DNA of 64,000 nucleotides from Lingula anatina (lineage: Eukaryota; Animalia; Brachiopoda): NCBI GenBank assembly GCA_051362555.1, contig CM120640.1, forward strand, positions 26,336,225 to 26,400,224. The letters are read 5' to 3'. Shown one piece after another: positions 1-14,100 of this stretch (within the stretch, counting starts at the first letter, position 1; each line of letters begins with the position of its first letter). A program made the position numbers and the translations under genes. The notes beneath the pieces are model-generated. The model did not search any database and was not told the origin of the DNA. It worked only from the letters and a program-made list of their open reading frames with translations.

Positions 1-142
1 GATTGAGATAATGTGAGTTTGGAGAAGGGTCCCTTTGAGGTTTAATCAATTAAATTTAGGGAGACATAGTGAATTCAAATCATCTGAAACTTTGATCATA
101 TGAAACGGGGATAATTTTCAGGATGAAGTGTGATAAACCTAC

Positions 143-175
143 CCTTCTAGATGCAAAGAAGCAATCAGCCTCATC
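143..175 (-). CDS. STXBP5: Candidate 33-nt in-frame microexon of tomosyn (DEADCFFASRR)
   Basis: Minus strand reads ttgtgtatttattatcAG|GATGAGGCTGATTGCTTCTTTGCATCTAGAAGG|GTaggt. It is phase 0/0 with no stop, matching the phase-0 end of the exon finishing at 863. Confidence 0.5.
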
Positions 176-862
176 CTGATAATAAATACACAAATATAGG
201 AAAAAAATGCATGCTGCTCTTCTTATTACAAGAACATTCAGTTTATCTGCTCACATAAAATGCACATATCATACATTATTCAGGAACCACCAATGGAATA
301 GTCCCAATACAGGCTGACAAAAGTGTCCAGGATCAATACACTGACAGCTTGCCAACAGGCTTTAACATAAGTGCTTTATACATTGGCACAAAATTTCAAC
401 ATAAATAAGAACAAGGGTTGATTTTACTTCAGAGATTTCCAAATGGTATTTACAATTTTGCAATCATCATAGCCTGACCATTTTTTAAAATGTTGTTACC
501 TAACACTTCTGTAGGAGCTAAATCAATTGCATGGCACTTGTCCACATATAATTATTCACATAAAACAAGATTATGTTACCCTTACAACTACCTCAGAGCC
601 AAATCATTACCCTTGAATAATAGGTATAAGGACAAAAATCCATAAATTATCAAAATGACAGCACTTGAGAAGTGGCAATAAGTAGTTCCTCTTCACTAAC
701 TTCAAATATCTTAAACATGTACAAAAACATTTTAAATACGAATATGTAATCTCATCTCTTGGCAATATTACATCTCAGTGCTCATTAATGTGGTATAATA
801 TTATCATTAAGAATCTGCCAAAAGCAAATTGGTGTGGTTTGGTTTCAGTCTCCAGTACTTAC

Positions 863-2164
863 CGGCACCTCCAGCACCCCCTCCTGTTTACTGTACTTGA
901 GTAGAACAACATGTGTCCTGCCTGCTACCACTAACATCCTACTTTCTGCCTCCAGGTACAACTGCTGTATTGCAAATGGCCCCTCCTCTGCCTCGCCAAC
1001 ACCACCGCTGCCATTCTCTGAACACTTGTTTTTATGGTGCTTGTCAAATATTTTAGCAGTCTTCACTTTGTACAGCACCTGCAGTGTTACTGCAGACGCA
1101 TCCCAGAATTTTATGGAGCCATCGGCATGACTAAAGAGAAAGGCATACTATCCATTATCAACAATGAGGTCTGGGATTTATGCAGTGTTTTATTGTTGAT
1201 GAATGCATTGCTGTATGATATGAAAAACACATCATTTAATTAAAAATGTTTACTCTTTTATTCAAATCTTACCCAGTAATAATAATTTCAGGGTAGCTGC
1301 ATGTAGTTGTGCCCCATTCTCCACCTTTTACTGGCCACTCCTAAAATGGGAATCAGAAATAGTAACAAAAATTAAATCTTTCTGCAAAACAGCAACGGTA
1401 TAATTTTTATCCATACAAGATACTTATCTTCCATAAATCTGCAAACCTTGAAAAGAAATATAAATATAAATACTCTCATTTGTTTAACTTTTCAGTATGA
1501 CAAAATTCAAAGTTACCACTTATTAATTTATGTATAACACTAAATTCTGTGTTTGCATTGGCAATATATTAATGACAACAACAATTACAACAACTATGAC
1601 ACATTAAAACCAAATGACACATTAAATACAAAACAAATCCAGAGAAAAAATAAAAACTACTTAAATGGAGGACCACAAAAACTATTTATTAACAAACTGT
1701 CCTCATTGATCTATAACCCTCACAGTACAATAGTTCATTTGATTATTACCTTTGTACTAAATCCAGACTTCTTCTGCTGCTTAGAGCCAACTGAGTAGAA
1801 GGCTGGTATGAGATCTGGTGGGCAGTCTGCATAATACTGGCAGCAGGTTACAGGAGATTCATGCAGATCCATAGGGTACGGATTCTCAAAACACGGATAT
1901 CTGAAACCATATATTATACAAATTAACAGTAATAGATATATAAGTTTCCATTTCAAGGTCAAGCTTCAAAATTCAGGCAGGAAAAACTGTAATTGAAAAA
2001 GGCTAAGATTATGAAAAATCTTACATCTGTAGAATACATAAAACTTACCACATTACCCCGAGAACTTATGACTGCAAGCCCATACAGAGTGCTAGTACTG
2101 GTATAGCATTTAATTTAATGATACCCCCCCCCCCCCAAAAAAAAAAAATAAATAATAAAAAAAA

Positions 2165-2195
<31 letters not shown>

Positions 2196-5100
2196 CTATC
2201 CTACCCTGGACTTGTGAGATCCACAACCACTAAGTCATTCTGGAGTAGAACTATAATAGCATAGGGATCCTGGAAGTCTGTCAATAGCAAAAAAAGATAT
2301 CGATAAGTATCACCTGTCAGAACATATTGCCCCTAGAGACGGACTTCAAAAAAAAAAAAAAAAAAGTTGGACTTGATTATAGACTTGATAATGCATGGCA
2401 CTGAACTTTTTGTCAGCAAGATTTTTCTATCACACACAAAGGAATAAATAAAATAGATAAATTGGCAATACACTTCACCATTAATACTACAATTAAACAG
2501 GTTCTTCGAGCAATATTCACAACAAGCATTTTGCTTATTTATTCCAAGCTTATTTGCATCTTGAGCTTTAAACGTATTAAAGTGCATCAAAGAAAGAAAA
2601 AACCACAGATGACCTCCAATGAAAACTAACCATTAGACCAAGGTGATGTGCAGACTGAGATGAAATCCACCACATTATGTTCCATTTCCAGCACAGTGGT
2701 ACTCTTTCCATTGATGACGGTGAGACAGGGAGTCTTACCAGCGCGGTCATAGGACATGCCACCAGAAAAGATGATGTAAGGCTCCCTTTAAAAGATGGGT
2801 ATTCAAATATTTCATGGTTGAAACAAGTATGAGTGAACATGATCAGATGTGCATTGGATGCTTTTTATTCATAAAACTATAACCTAAATAATAATATTAC
2901 TTAGAAAATATGCATTTCATGTATACAAAACTATCACTATTTCGATCTTTAATTATATCAGAAATTTGGACAAAAGTTGTATCAAGATGCATCATAATCA
3001 TCATCATTGTAGAACATATGTAAAAAAAGTTTTGCAAGTGTCCAATTCTTGGAAACCTGTATTTTATCTTTGCCTTGAATGATGGCTAAGGCCAAGTCGG
3101 ACAAACCTGAAGCAAAACTATTAAAATCCCAGAAATGGTCTGTATTCATTGAACTTGGCTCAATCAAGTTCTTTTGTTCCAAGTTCTATGCTTGGTAAAC
3201 ATGACTGAATGGATTAAGTGATGGATATTGCATTACATCTGTCTATATGTTGGTGCTTGGTGCCACGGTGTAGACAAGCAGTAGGTGGAAATGTGAACGG
3301 ATTTGGGGCCAACACAATCAGAAACTGACAGGCTTGATATTGATAGGTTAAAGTAAAAGGATCTTTACTGATAATCCCTGATGATTTCTATCCATCATTA
3401 ATGCATCACGTTGATGAAAAAAAAAAGGTACCAAAGAAACTATCCATTATAATTCAATGAAGTTTTCCTTAATACTATTTAAAGCATTGCCTCAAGCATG
3501 CTGATGTTTTGTCCCAGTAGCTTCAGTATGTGGCATTCAATACAAAATTTTCAGTTCAAATCTAAATCTGTAATACCATAATTAAGCATTTTGCAGTGTC
3601 ATGTCCTTCTTCCCCTCTGCCCCAGCCTCTATACAGGCAATATTTCTTTTTATGGATGAGGAATGACCAACATTTAACAACAGTCACGTCTTATAAGAAA
3701 TTCTCAAACAAGGTGTAACTGAATTCAAAGAGAAAAACAACGGGATTCACGACTCTAGGATCATAATACAATCTTCAGCAATGAAAATGTTTAGCTGTTA
3801 GTTTGTTCTTGCACAGAAAAGACTAGATTTCCAAATAATTTGAAGACATTTCTATGGCACAAGGCAAGACGTGTTTCTGAAACAAGAGCCTCCTAGAAAA
3901 GCAAGTCTTCAGCAGACCAATTATTCACATTTTCCAGGAATCTGTAGGTGCGACTACAAAACACTTCAATCAACCATCGCATTTTGGGCAATGCTTTTTG
4001 TACTGAACCCAAAATCGATAACACCAAGCTACTGTAACAAAACATTAATTCAATGAAGTCATTGATGATAGTTTTACATAGATAGACATGTAAATTTATA
4101 AAACATATTTCATCCATTGTTTTTGTTTTTTCCCAATTATACCATAAAAAGGTTTACAACTTAAATAAAGTGTATGTATGAGGCATAAACAGGAGATCTG
4201 ATAGGGTATTGAAAAAAGTTAGGAACCACAAAAATGAAGATGAACCATTTCTGAACAGTAAATGAAAGGAAAATTATTGAAAACATTCCATTCATTTATT
4301 TGCAAATTAAATCTATACATGTGAGTGAAAATAGCTGGATTGGGAAGCAAGAAAAGCTTACATGTTACCTGCCAAATATAAAAGACCTAGTCATAAAACA
4401 ACACAGCTGTAAGAATATGCAAATAAAGTACAAATGAATTTAATTAAAACAACAAATAATCCCACTGATAAGATTTAAAATCTAAGCTCATAATTATTGT
4501 TTTGATGATTTTAAATTGAAAGCGCAAAACAATAAAAAGAGCTATTTTAAGAACAGGATATTCTTGTGGCAATAAACACTAACACAGCAACAAAGTCAAA
4601 AGAAATGGTGATGCAGAGAGAACACCAAACCTTAGTAATAAATCATGACCAAGTGTAACCATAAACACAAGAGGAAAGTTTGGAAGCCTCAATGTAACAC
4701 CTGTAGTGTTTTTCAGCCCACAGTGAAGATTATCATGCTTGAGCAATAATGACATTGACAATTTAAATATTTAAGCAAAAGAAATTCTTCTTTCAATCAG
4801 ATGTGGACTAAAATACAAAAAAAAAAAAAAAATTCTTAACTACAAGTATTTTTGAAAGATCCAATTTACATTGAAGGGTTAATTCTTACCCATTTTTGCT
4901 CGACTTCCACTCCACTTTGTTGATTGGTTTGCAAGGGTCTGGTCGACCATCTTTGGATATTTTTGCTAAACAGTGAACAATGAACATTATGTTATTTACA
5001 AGGATTAAGTGTATAAATCTTTGGTATTTATTTCGGTTTACATTAATGAACATGAAGTATTGTTTACCATCATGCAATGACAATTAGGGCACATTCAGAT

Positions 5101-8100
5101 TCATACACTGTACTAACTAGGTCGGTCCAACTATGAGGGGGATTCTTGCTAAAGTGCAATCAGTGAAATCAGCACATAACAGCTATCTACCCCCAGCTGG
5201 TTGAGGAGGCATGTCAAACAACTAAGATGGTTCCAATTATTGCACTTTAACAAGAATCCCCCACAGATTTGGACCAACCCAGCTGGAACAAAGTGTGAAT
5301 CTGAATGCAGTTTAGGCACAGTCACTATTCCTCTTATTCTTTACCTTAAGTTAATGCCAAACAGAATTGACAAAAAGGAAAATAAAACATTCCAAATACA
5401 AGGAAAAGGCACTTCTGCATACCTACAACTTTAAGGTGTCAAAGATCACAGAAATATCCAGAGCACAATTACCATTAAGAGTCAACTTCACTGAGACATA
5501 AACCACAAGGGAAACTACCTCCTACTAGTATGTGAACAATTAACTTTCTTATCACAAAAATTAGGTTTCATTGATCATGAAAGTATGCACCAAGCAGTCA
5601 TCTACATACATACTACTCTATCAAGAGAAGTAAAGATCATACTTAAGCTCGTGCATTATCTTTATGCTGTCATTAATAAAACAAGTAAATGCTCAGCGGG
5701 CTTTCTGGCTTCCAAGAAAATCCATTCTGCGGTAATAAGAAGACAGACAACAAGGCTTGCTTCAACACTGTTTTCATGTTCAGTTGAGAATAAAATAATT
5801 TGAGAAAAAATTATGGACAAGTATTTTAAAGGCCAGGGCAATATTTTCCATGTATATGGATTCCTACTCTTTTCTGACTACCTTCATGAGATCATTTCTA
5901 TTAATTCCCCCTTTTTTTTAGTACAGCTTTTTGATACAAAATGTACACCGTTTGAAATCATGTTGCCAAATGTCAACAAGCTGTATACAGAATGGCACCT
6001 CTGTCCCATGTCTAATGTCCATCTAATGTTTGTTTTGAGATCTTTAGTATGTCATGGATAAAAATAACAATGACAATGGCTAACAGTTTTGTGTCTCTAA
6101 TAAGAGCACCACCTGGCCTTTCATCGGTTTACTTCAGTGCTCTGAAGTCACAGAGGGATTTGAAATTCCAATATAAGCCCGATAGACTAACTGTAAATCT
6201 ACTTAATGTCCAATTACTAGCCAACATCAAGCCCAATTTCTCTGATTTGGCCAAGCTTTCAATTGATTCCTCCACCACGGACATGGCTCTAGACATCCTG
6301 GAGATCCCAGCAGAATTCTGTGAACACTGGTTTTCACTGACCTATCTGGTTGAGGTAATTTTGACTAAATACAGCATACTGGAAACTGGTTACAGTCCAT
6401 ACTATATAAGTACTACATACGTCCATCAAAATGGCCGTATAGGTACCAAAAGAAAGACTTTCAGCCCACGCTTTGTTCATATAAGTTCTGATTTGCCATA
6501 TGATTAAATTAATTCAATTTGACTGAGGAAAATTTTTTTTAATTTTTTTTTTATTTTTTATTTTTATTTTTTTTGAAAATTTGCCACTTTATCACTCTTT
6601 TAGTCTTATCTTACGTTTTTTTTTTCTTCTTATATTACTTAGCCAACTGGCTAAAACATCAAAATTTCTTGACATATAAAGTTCCACTGACATGAGAAAA
6701 AACAAAACTGAACCTAACCAACTTTATCAGAGTTACTTAAACTGATAAAAAAACCTACTCAAGTAATTTCAAACAACACAACAGCTGCATAATTTAAAAA
6801 TGTGGTTTAATCATTTAAACTATTTCCCAAGTTGACTTTGCACGTTCATTGTGAAAAAAAAAAATCCAGCAATCATTCCCAACTTCAGTTTTCAAATTGC
6901 ACTTCTCCTTGCTGCTTTTTCCTTACTTTCTCCAGGCCAATAATAGATCAATACGTGACCTTATTTATTTTGCATTAATAGCTACGCAGACCATGCCCTG
7001 TGTGTGTAATAAGTAATGTCCAGATGGCTACTTTCTCAATACTCTGGTAGTACTATCAAATATTGACAATATTCACTTCTGTTGATTTTCCACAATCTAA
7101 CTCATCAAATTATACAGAACTGAGCACAAATGTCTGAAAAGAGCTATTATACCAAGAAAACATTTTTTTACATCCAATGCCATATCTACGCATTCCATCG
7201 TTAGTGGGGTGAAAGTTCTACCTGGAGCATAGACTCTTTAAAACAGTAGATGTATGTACCAACCAAAATTATTTGGCTGTGTCGTGTACGGGGAGAAGGG
7301 GAGAGTCTCAGTGAGGGTGATTCTTTCACATACTAGCTGGTCTCTTAAGCTGTCAGTCTCTCCAAACACACATATACAGATGAAACGCTAAAAAAAAGGC
7401 CCAATGTGAAAAGGCCTTCACTCACCATGTGGAGATATTATACTGACTGGTTCTGTTGGTTTCTTGTAGTTCCATGTAACTAAACTGCCGTCAGACAGAC
7501 TACACATAAACTGTTTTCCATCTTGTTCCCAGGTTATGGACCTCAGAGCCTGGAACAGGAATGGTACAACTCTCAAGCATGTCAGTGACACATTGCTGAA
7601 CATAATGTTCACAAAGATGTTTTAAAAAGGTAATAGATTTAATTGAAGTATATCGTACCTGTGGATTATTAAAGCGATATTCTGCTGCCTTTGACTTCAG
7701 GTCCCAAAACACAACTACACCAGTCTCAAAACCAATCAAAAGCTGGAAAACAAAGCATATGAATGAAGGAATGAGTACATGAGAAATCTGCAATATCAAA
7801 CAAATATAAATCAATTAATAACATAATCAACATCAAAAAATCTCAAAAACTACTTTGGTGGGCCAATTAAAAGCTGTCTAAAATATGTTAAACATCAACA
7901 TTGGTTGATAGCAGTAATCCCCAGGTCCCAGTTTCACAAAAAAACTTAAGTCAAATCCTTGGCTCAGTTGACTAGGATTTCCATGAGAGAACTGTTACAC
8001 TGCTCCTGATTGGGTAAGATGTGCCCATGTGACCATGTAACCATGGTAATTAAGTTCTTAGCCAGTACAACTTTAGTGTGTGGTAGGCCAGTACTGCAGT

Positions 8101-11100
8101 CCTACCTTGCCAGCATCCACGGGGTTATCACTCAGGTGCACAATTGGTCCAGGATGGGTTCTCTGAGACCTGGGAACACAAGAAAGCTCTTTCATACCAA
8201 AAAACAACAAAAAATATTGCAAATCTCTATTTAAAAATTGTTTGAACAAATAGGATGGCCTGTAGTAAGTGTCACAACACAATGCAAAACATGTGCAGAG
8301 AGTTCCATGCAAACACAATGCAATGCATAGAACTTAAAGAGGCATTGCAAAACTGCACGCAAAATACACAGATTAATCATGTCAGCCAAGAACTGAAAAT
8401 TGACTGTTCACAGCTAATAGAACAGAAGGTGTTAGCAGCCTGCAACCTTTCAGAATTGCCAAAAAATGAAAGACATTGAATCCATCGGATACTTTACCAG
8501 ATCACGTTTCCAAATCGGAAACGGACACTGCTCTCGTTACCAGATAATGCACCATTATCAATATCACGAACAAACCTGGAAGAAAATACCTGGTACAGAC
8601 CTCTACTCATTTTGAATATACCACACAATTGTGCTGTATTCCATTATATATCTCTCCCTCTTTCTCTGTCACATGTTTGCTTAAAAATGATGTTGTGACA
8701 CTTTCAGGCCTTCTCAATTATTATTATTATTGCAATTCATTACTAGGTTACTTGAGCATATTTCAAGTCTTTTTTTCAATCATTTAAGATCCTACCAAAA
8801 CAACCCTCTCAGCATATGGTATAACAAGAAAGAGCACATAAATGTCTTTCAGCTAAACCCATGTTTAAGCATTTAAGCATGGCAAATGCATTTACAAATT
8901 TCACTTTTTTAATGTTTAGCAGAAAGAATTACATTCAGTTTAATCTGTATCTTATAACATGATTTTGTCATACCCAGGTCCTGGTTCAGCAATCATGCAA
9001 TTACAGTATAATGTAAAAGCTGCCTATGGGCCACACCAACTCAAACACTAGATCACAGCCAAAAAAATTGTCATTAACTGGAACTGGCCTTAGATAATAG
9101 GGGAAAAAATGATGCCTTTACTGAAGTTCCAGAGGGTGTATTCAGAAGAGGTTTCTGTACTCAACAGGGAACAATGTGCCATGGAGTCACTCATACAGGT
9201 ATGTGCTATACCATGAAAGTTAATTGATAAATGTCTGCATTTGACAAAATGATGTTATGATACACTACAGCAGACATTTTAAGAATTAGTGATATTAATG
9301 GTGAAATATATATATATCAAGTGAATATACTAGGTATTTTCAAAAGGAGTGAGTACGGCAGAGCTGTTGAGGGACAAGAATTAAGTAATCCTATAATATC
9401 AAGCAACTACAATTATGTCACCCACCATTAATATATACAACATTGTTAAATGAACGCTCGCATTAACATGTCAGTCACCAAAACAATTTTAATTAAAACA
9501 ATCTACATAATTAATACTGTCCTTGCATTTGGTTCAACGGGTAGACCTGGGTATGGCACCACTTCAATCATCTGTGAATATAAACACAACAACATATATC
9601 CACATCCAAGGAGAGATCAAATTATGAACAACCATCTGTGACATATTACTCACAGCTCTATAGCCTTGTTCCAGTTGATTACATATCCAGAGAGCTGGAA
9701 TGACTCCACATTGGCTATGTGCACATTGCCACGCTCTGTGCCTATGTACAACCATTTGCTTTGGAATGGAATATGACAATATGTGATCCTGAAAAATGAA
9801 ATATATTCAATGTATAACATGCATACAGAGGTCATGGGTGTAGATGCATTTATGTACACATAATAAATATACAAACAATCATTATCTTATTGCAGCAAAT
9901 GGGATAGAAAGATGTCCTATTCAATACATAGTAGATCACTGTTTCTGGGCTAACCACCATTCCTCGGTGTATTCAGTTTATGATTTCTCTCAGAAACCGT
10001 TAAATCCAACTAAATGTTAAAAAGCAAAAGCTTATTCCACAAAGGATTGGGAAAACAAGCAACCAAAAGTATTAAACGGGTTGATATTAAAATGACATTT
10101 TAAATAAGCTCTCAGATTCTTACTCCAACTATATATAGTTTCTACTATCATTATCATGCTGGCAGAGGTACTTTATTATGATGATTTAAGCAGACATTCT
10201 TATTTAATATTACGCAGAATCCATATTTACACAAATTTAATACAATGAATATATAAATTTGAAAACCTTGTTCATTAACCTAGAATGACTCAATGGTTTG
10301 TTTGTATTAATAAAATTTCACCACTGGTATATTATTCCATACATCATTAACCTCATCTTTAATAAAACTGGAAGATAAATTGCTTAAATGAGGACTGATA
10401 TAACTTGAGGACTGGCTTGCTGGCTATACTGCCAGAGAGTTCTATAATGGCAAACTTCTTGCATGCTTGTGTTTTGGTTTGTTTATTTCATTTATTTTGA
10501 GCACTGGCCGAGGACAGCTGAACAAATCTGCCATGAACTGGAACTGGCTGCATGAAAAAAAGTATCAACATTACAATAACATGTTTTTTCTTCTTTTTTT
10601 TTCCTTTTCACATAAACCAGCATGATCAAACACAGAATTATCTGAAACCAATTCTAAGTAAGCAATTCCAGGAAACACAACCCATCACCATACAACCTAT
10701 TTATATCCAAGCAAATATGGGTGGCAGGGGAACTTGCTGCACTTTTACAACAATATAACAAATGTCTCAAGAGTACTTCACGGGAATCATTTCAGCAGGT
10801 CAAACACTAACAAGTCGTAACTGTTGTCAAGTTTATGCTACTCCAAACACTGAATTTCTTCAGCTAGTGAAAGGGGCAAACAAAAGAAGGGCTAGGGAGG
10901 AGTGATGTCCTATAAACTATCTTCATAATAGACTGACCACTCCCCTAATCTACTCCAAAGATGAGAATCATGTCAACATGCAATGCTCTCATTGCTTTAA
11001 AAGATTAGATCCACAAAACCATTTGGCATGACAAACCAATGGTTGTGGTACAATTACTGCATTGAAAAATCTTTTACAAAGTAATTATAATGAAAGAGGA

Positions 11101-14100
11101 ATTTCTGAAATTGGCTTCATGCAGCTTACCTTTCTCTTTGGAATTTCAAGGAATGTACAATTTCTGGGTTTTTCTGCCTCAGGTTCCAGAGATGGATTAC
11201 ATCATTAGAACATACTGTTATCAGAGCACCCTGCAATTCACAACATATAGTGCAAGAAAGAAAGAAAGAAAAAATTGCAATCTATATTCTACAGGCACAT
11301 AAAGTAAATATTCACTAGATCATTCTTATGACAATTGCTTTAGAAAACAATGCGAGGATGAATTAATGGCAGTTATCCCATTTCCCCCCTTTCCGTCAAA
11401 CAGTAAAAAATGATAGCCCTATGCATGACATTATGATAGATCATGTGCATCATCGTGTATTATGCATCCATACATTGCCTTTAATTGCTGTCAATGCTGT
11501 TGATAAAGCATAATAGATGACAGACTAGTACATGGAAATAAATATATTGGTTTTAACAAAATTTTTGTCAATTAACTACAGTCCTTTGTTTTTAGTATCA
11601 TTCCAACCCCCCTCCCCCATCTGCTGATTGAGTTTCACCAAATATCTGATTAAAAAAAAAAAAAAACTGCATTAACATTACTCTCACCTCATTTGTAAGG
11701 AACATAATCTGCAAGACTGCAACATCCCCATCATGTCGGATATGAACATCTACCCCTGGTCTTCCAAATCTGATGTTTGTAAAGGAAAACAAATTTCCTT
11801 ATATCTATTTTCTATAAAAAGAAGTAAGAAGTGAATGAACTATGAATCATTCTGCATTAACAATGGCAAAACAATTGCACATTAATAGAGCTAAGTACTG
11901 TTTGGAACCAATGATGCATATAATTTCTTGTAGAAACTTATCTTCAAGCAGTGATGTGTAAAGAGCTGTTAAGAATTGTGTTACGTGTTTTACATATTTG
12001 GCATTTGAAACTACATTTTCTGAGGGAAAAACTCAAAATGCAGTTAGTGTTATCTTTCTTTGTATATTTTTATTTTTTCATTTACTTAATTCATCTTTTT
12101 TTTAATCATCATCATCGTCATCATTATCATCATCATCATCATGTTCAAGAAGGATAATTAAATCTATTCTACTTTATTTATGATTCAACCTTTGGTTTGG
12201 AATATATGACTTTCCCCCCTAACTTCATCCTACTCCAGTCCCATAAAAGAAGAAATCTAGAGGAAAAGGTACACAACTAAATACAATTTAATAAAAATGA
12301 ATACTCCCACAATAACAGGTCTTTGGGATAATTTACTTAAACGCAGTATCAGCACCAAAGAATGCACTGCAATGGACACAGTGTGTGCTGTGCAATTCAA
12401 TGGACTGTATCCTGCAAGCCTGTGAGACTTGTCTAGATTTCCACTTGCCTGTCAAAAAAACTGTAAGAAAGTCAAAACATCAGAAGGACAAAAATGAGAG
12501 ACATAGTGTGCATATAATGTAGTTACATTGCGAAACTGCATGCATCTCAGAACATCTTCCTTGACTTTAGTTCAAGCCTTAACAATAACTATAACAAGCC
12601 CATATCTTTAAATGCCACAAATAGATATAACATCTTTTTGGTTTCATAGTTGGCATTCAGTCTTTTCTAGGAAATAAGTCAGGCTTAGAATAGCAAGTGT
12701 AATACCTAACACTTAATCCCAATGCATCAGATGGAGGAAAAAAAAAGACTTAATAATTAAGACATATCTATAAAAAAAAAGCTAAAGAAAATGGATACAT
12801 ACAGTACAAGCTATCTCCCACTTATCTAAGTTCATGCCTTTTCTTTGCACAAAATATGGGGTCTCAACTATTGAATGAAGGCATTTCACTTACTACTACC
12901 AATGATAAATCCAAAGCTAAAACACTACCTTTACTCTTGAAAGATCATTTTTTAAAGTCAAAAACCAATGTGTGTTTTCTAATATAAGCCTCTGCCTGCA
13001 GACTATTCCCAGGGGAAATAAAACAGTGGTACTAGATCAGTACACGGTAGTGAGGTGCAAGTCAACATCCAATAGTAAAAAAAATATCTGGGAAAGCTGT
13101 CCAAAGGTAGATAACTCTCCTTTCATTTTATCTCAACTGCTGAAGGTTTTATTCTATTAACACTAAAATAATACAGTATCCAAGGTATAAGTATTGATTT
13201 ACAATAGCTGAGATAAACAGCCCAGCCAGGAGGGTCTATCTATTGACTCTTCCTGCACTGACGTCAGTGGAGGCTTTGTACATTGGTTTTCCATGCTGCT
13301 GATTGGAGAGAGCTGCTTCACTTATCACCTTTGTGCATCTAAGGTCGCAAACAAGACAGAAGACAGAAAGGAAATTGAAGTCTTCTGTGTACAGGACAAA
13401 CATTGACTAATATTGAGTGTCCCTGGATTGAGCAGACAGCAAACACAGAGATGCATTGCAGATTGTTTTTCAGTAATGTCATTTAAAAAAATAATTGATT
13501 TATTTTACCATGATCTTTCAACTGTTTCAACATATGCTGTGTACAAAAATAACTTTCCTAACAATACCATTACGGGTTGGGTGGTCATTTCCATACTGTT
13601 AAGAAGTAACCCTAAATCTGATAAATTATTACAATGATTTAATCAGAAAAAAAACATACAAATATTGTGATCTTATAGCATATTGATAACAATTTCTTTC
13701 AGGCATATCTAGAAAAAAGTTTGGCATAGCCAAAGAATATTTCATGGTCAGCCCCATCTCAAGACTGTGGTCTATTTGTGTTCAAGTGCAACGTGCACAG
13801 GTCCAATTTTCCTTTGAGGAATACTCTTATTGAGGTCAGTGGTCCCATTTGTATTGTATAAGTGTCATAGCTTGACTAATTTAACCAATGTACTAGTACT
13901 GGTACAAAATACCATTAAGCTTGAAGTTTTCTCAAGCACTTCCCATTTTTAATCACTAAGTTCAGTTCAGCAAATTTCATCAGTTTTACTTTGGATGATA
14001 GTGAATATGTTTGTAGTACATACGGAACTTGGAATGGAAGAAACACAAAAAGCACTACACATGGGAAAAATAACTGCTTTCCAGTTAACCAAATCCAGGT

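Noticed and set aside
497-512. Apparent 9-nt microexon (ctacAG|AAGTGTTAG|GTaaca) on the - strand
   Set aside because: Contains an in-frame TAG in the tomosyn frame, and such short matches arise by chance.
5340-5435. Two AG|GT juxtapositions on - (possible recursive splice sites or a 6-nt microexon)
   Set aside because: Donors are mediocre and the intron is only 2.5 kb; not supportable without reads.
7921-7990. ccaggtcccagtttcacaaaaaaacttaagtcaaat resembles a DNA-transposon end
   Set aside because: No partner inverted repeat found nearby.
9510-9575. Acceptor-like site followed by MIEVVPYPGLPVEPNAR on -
   Set aside because: Wrong phase for the host intron (immediate stop) and no good donor.
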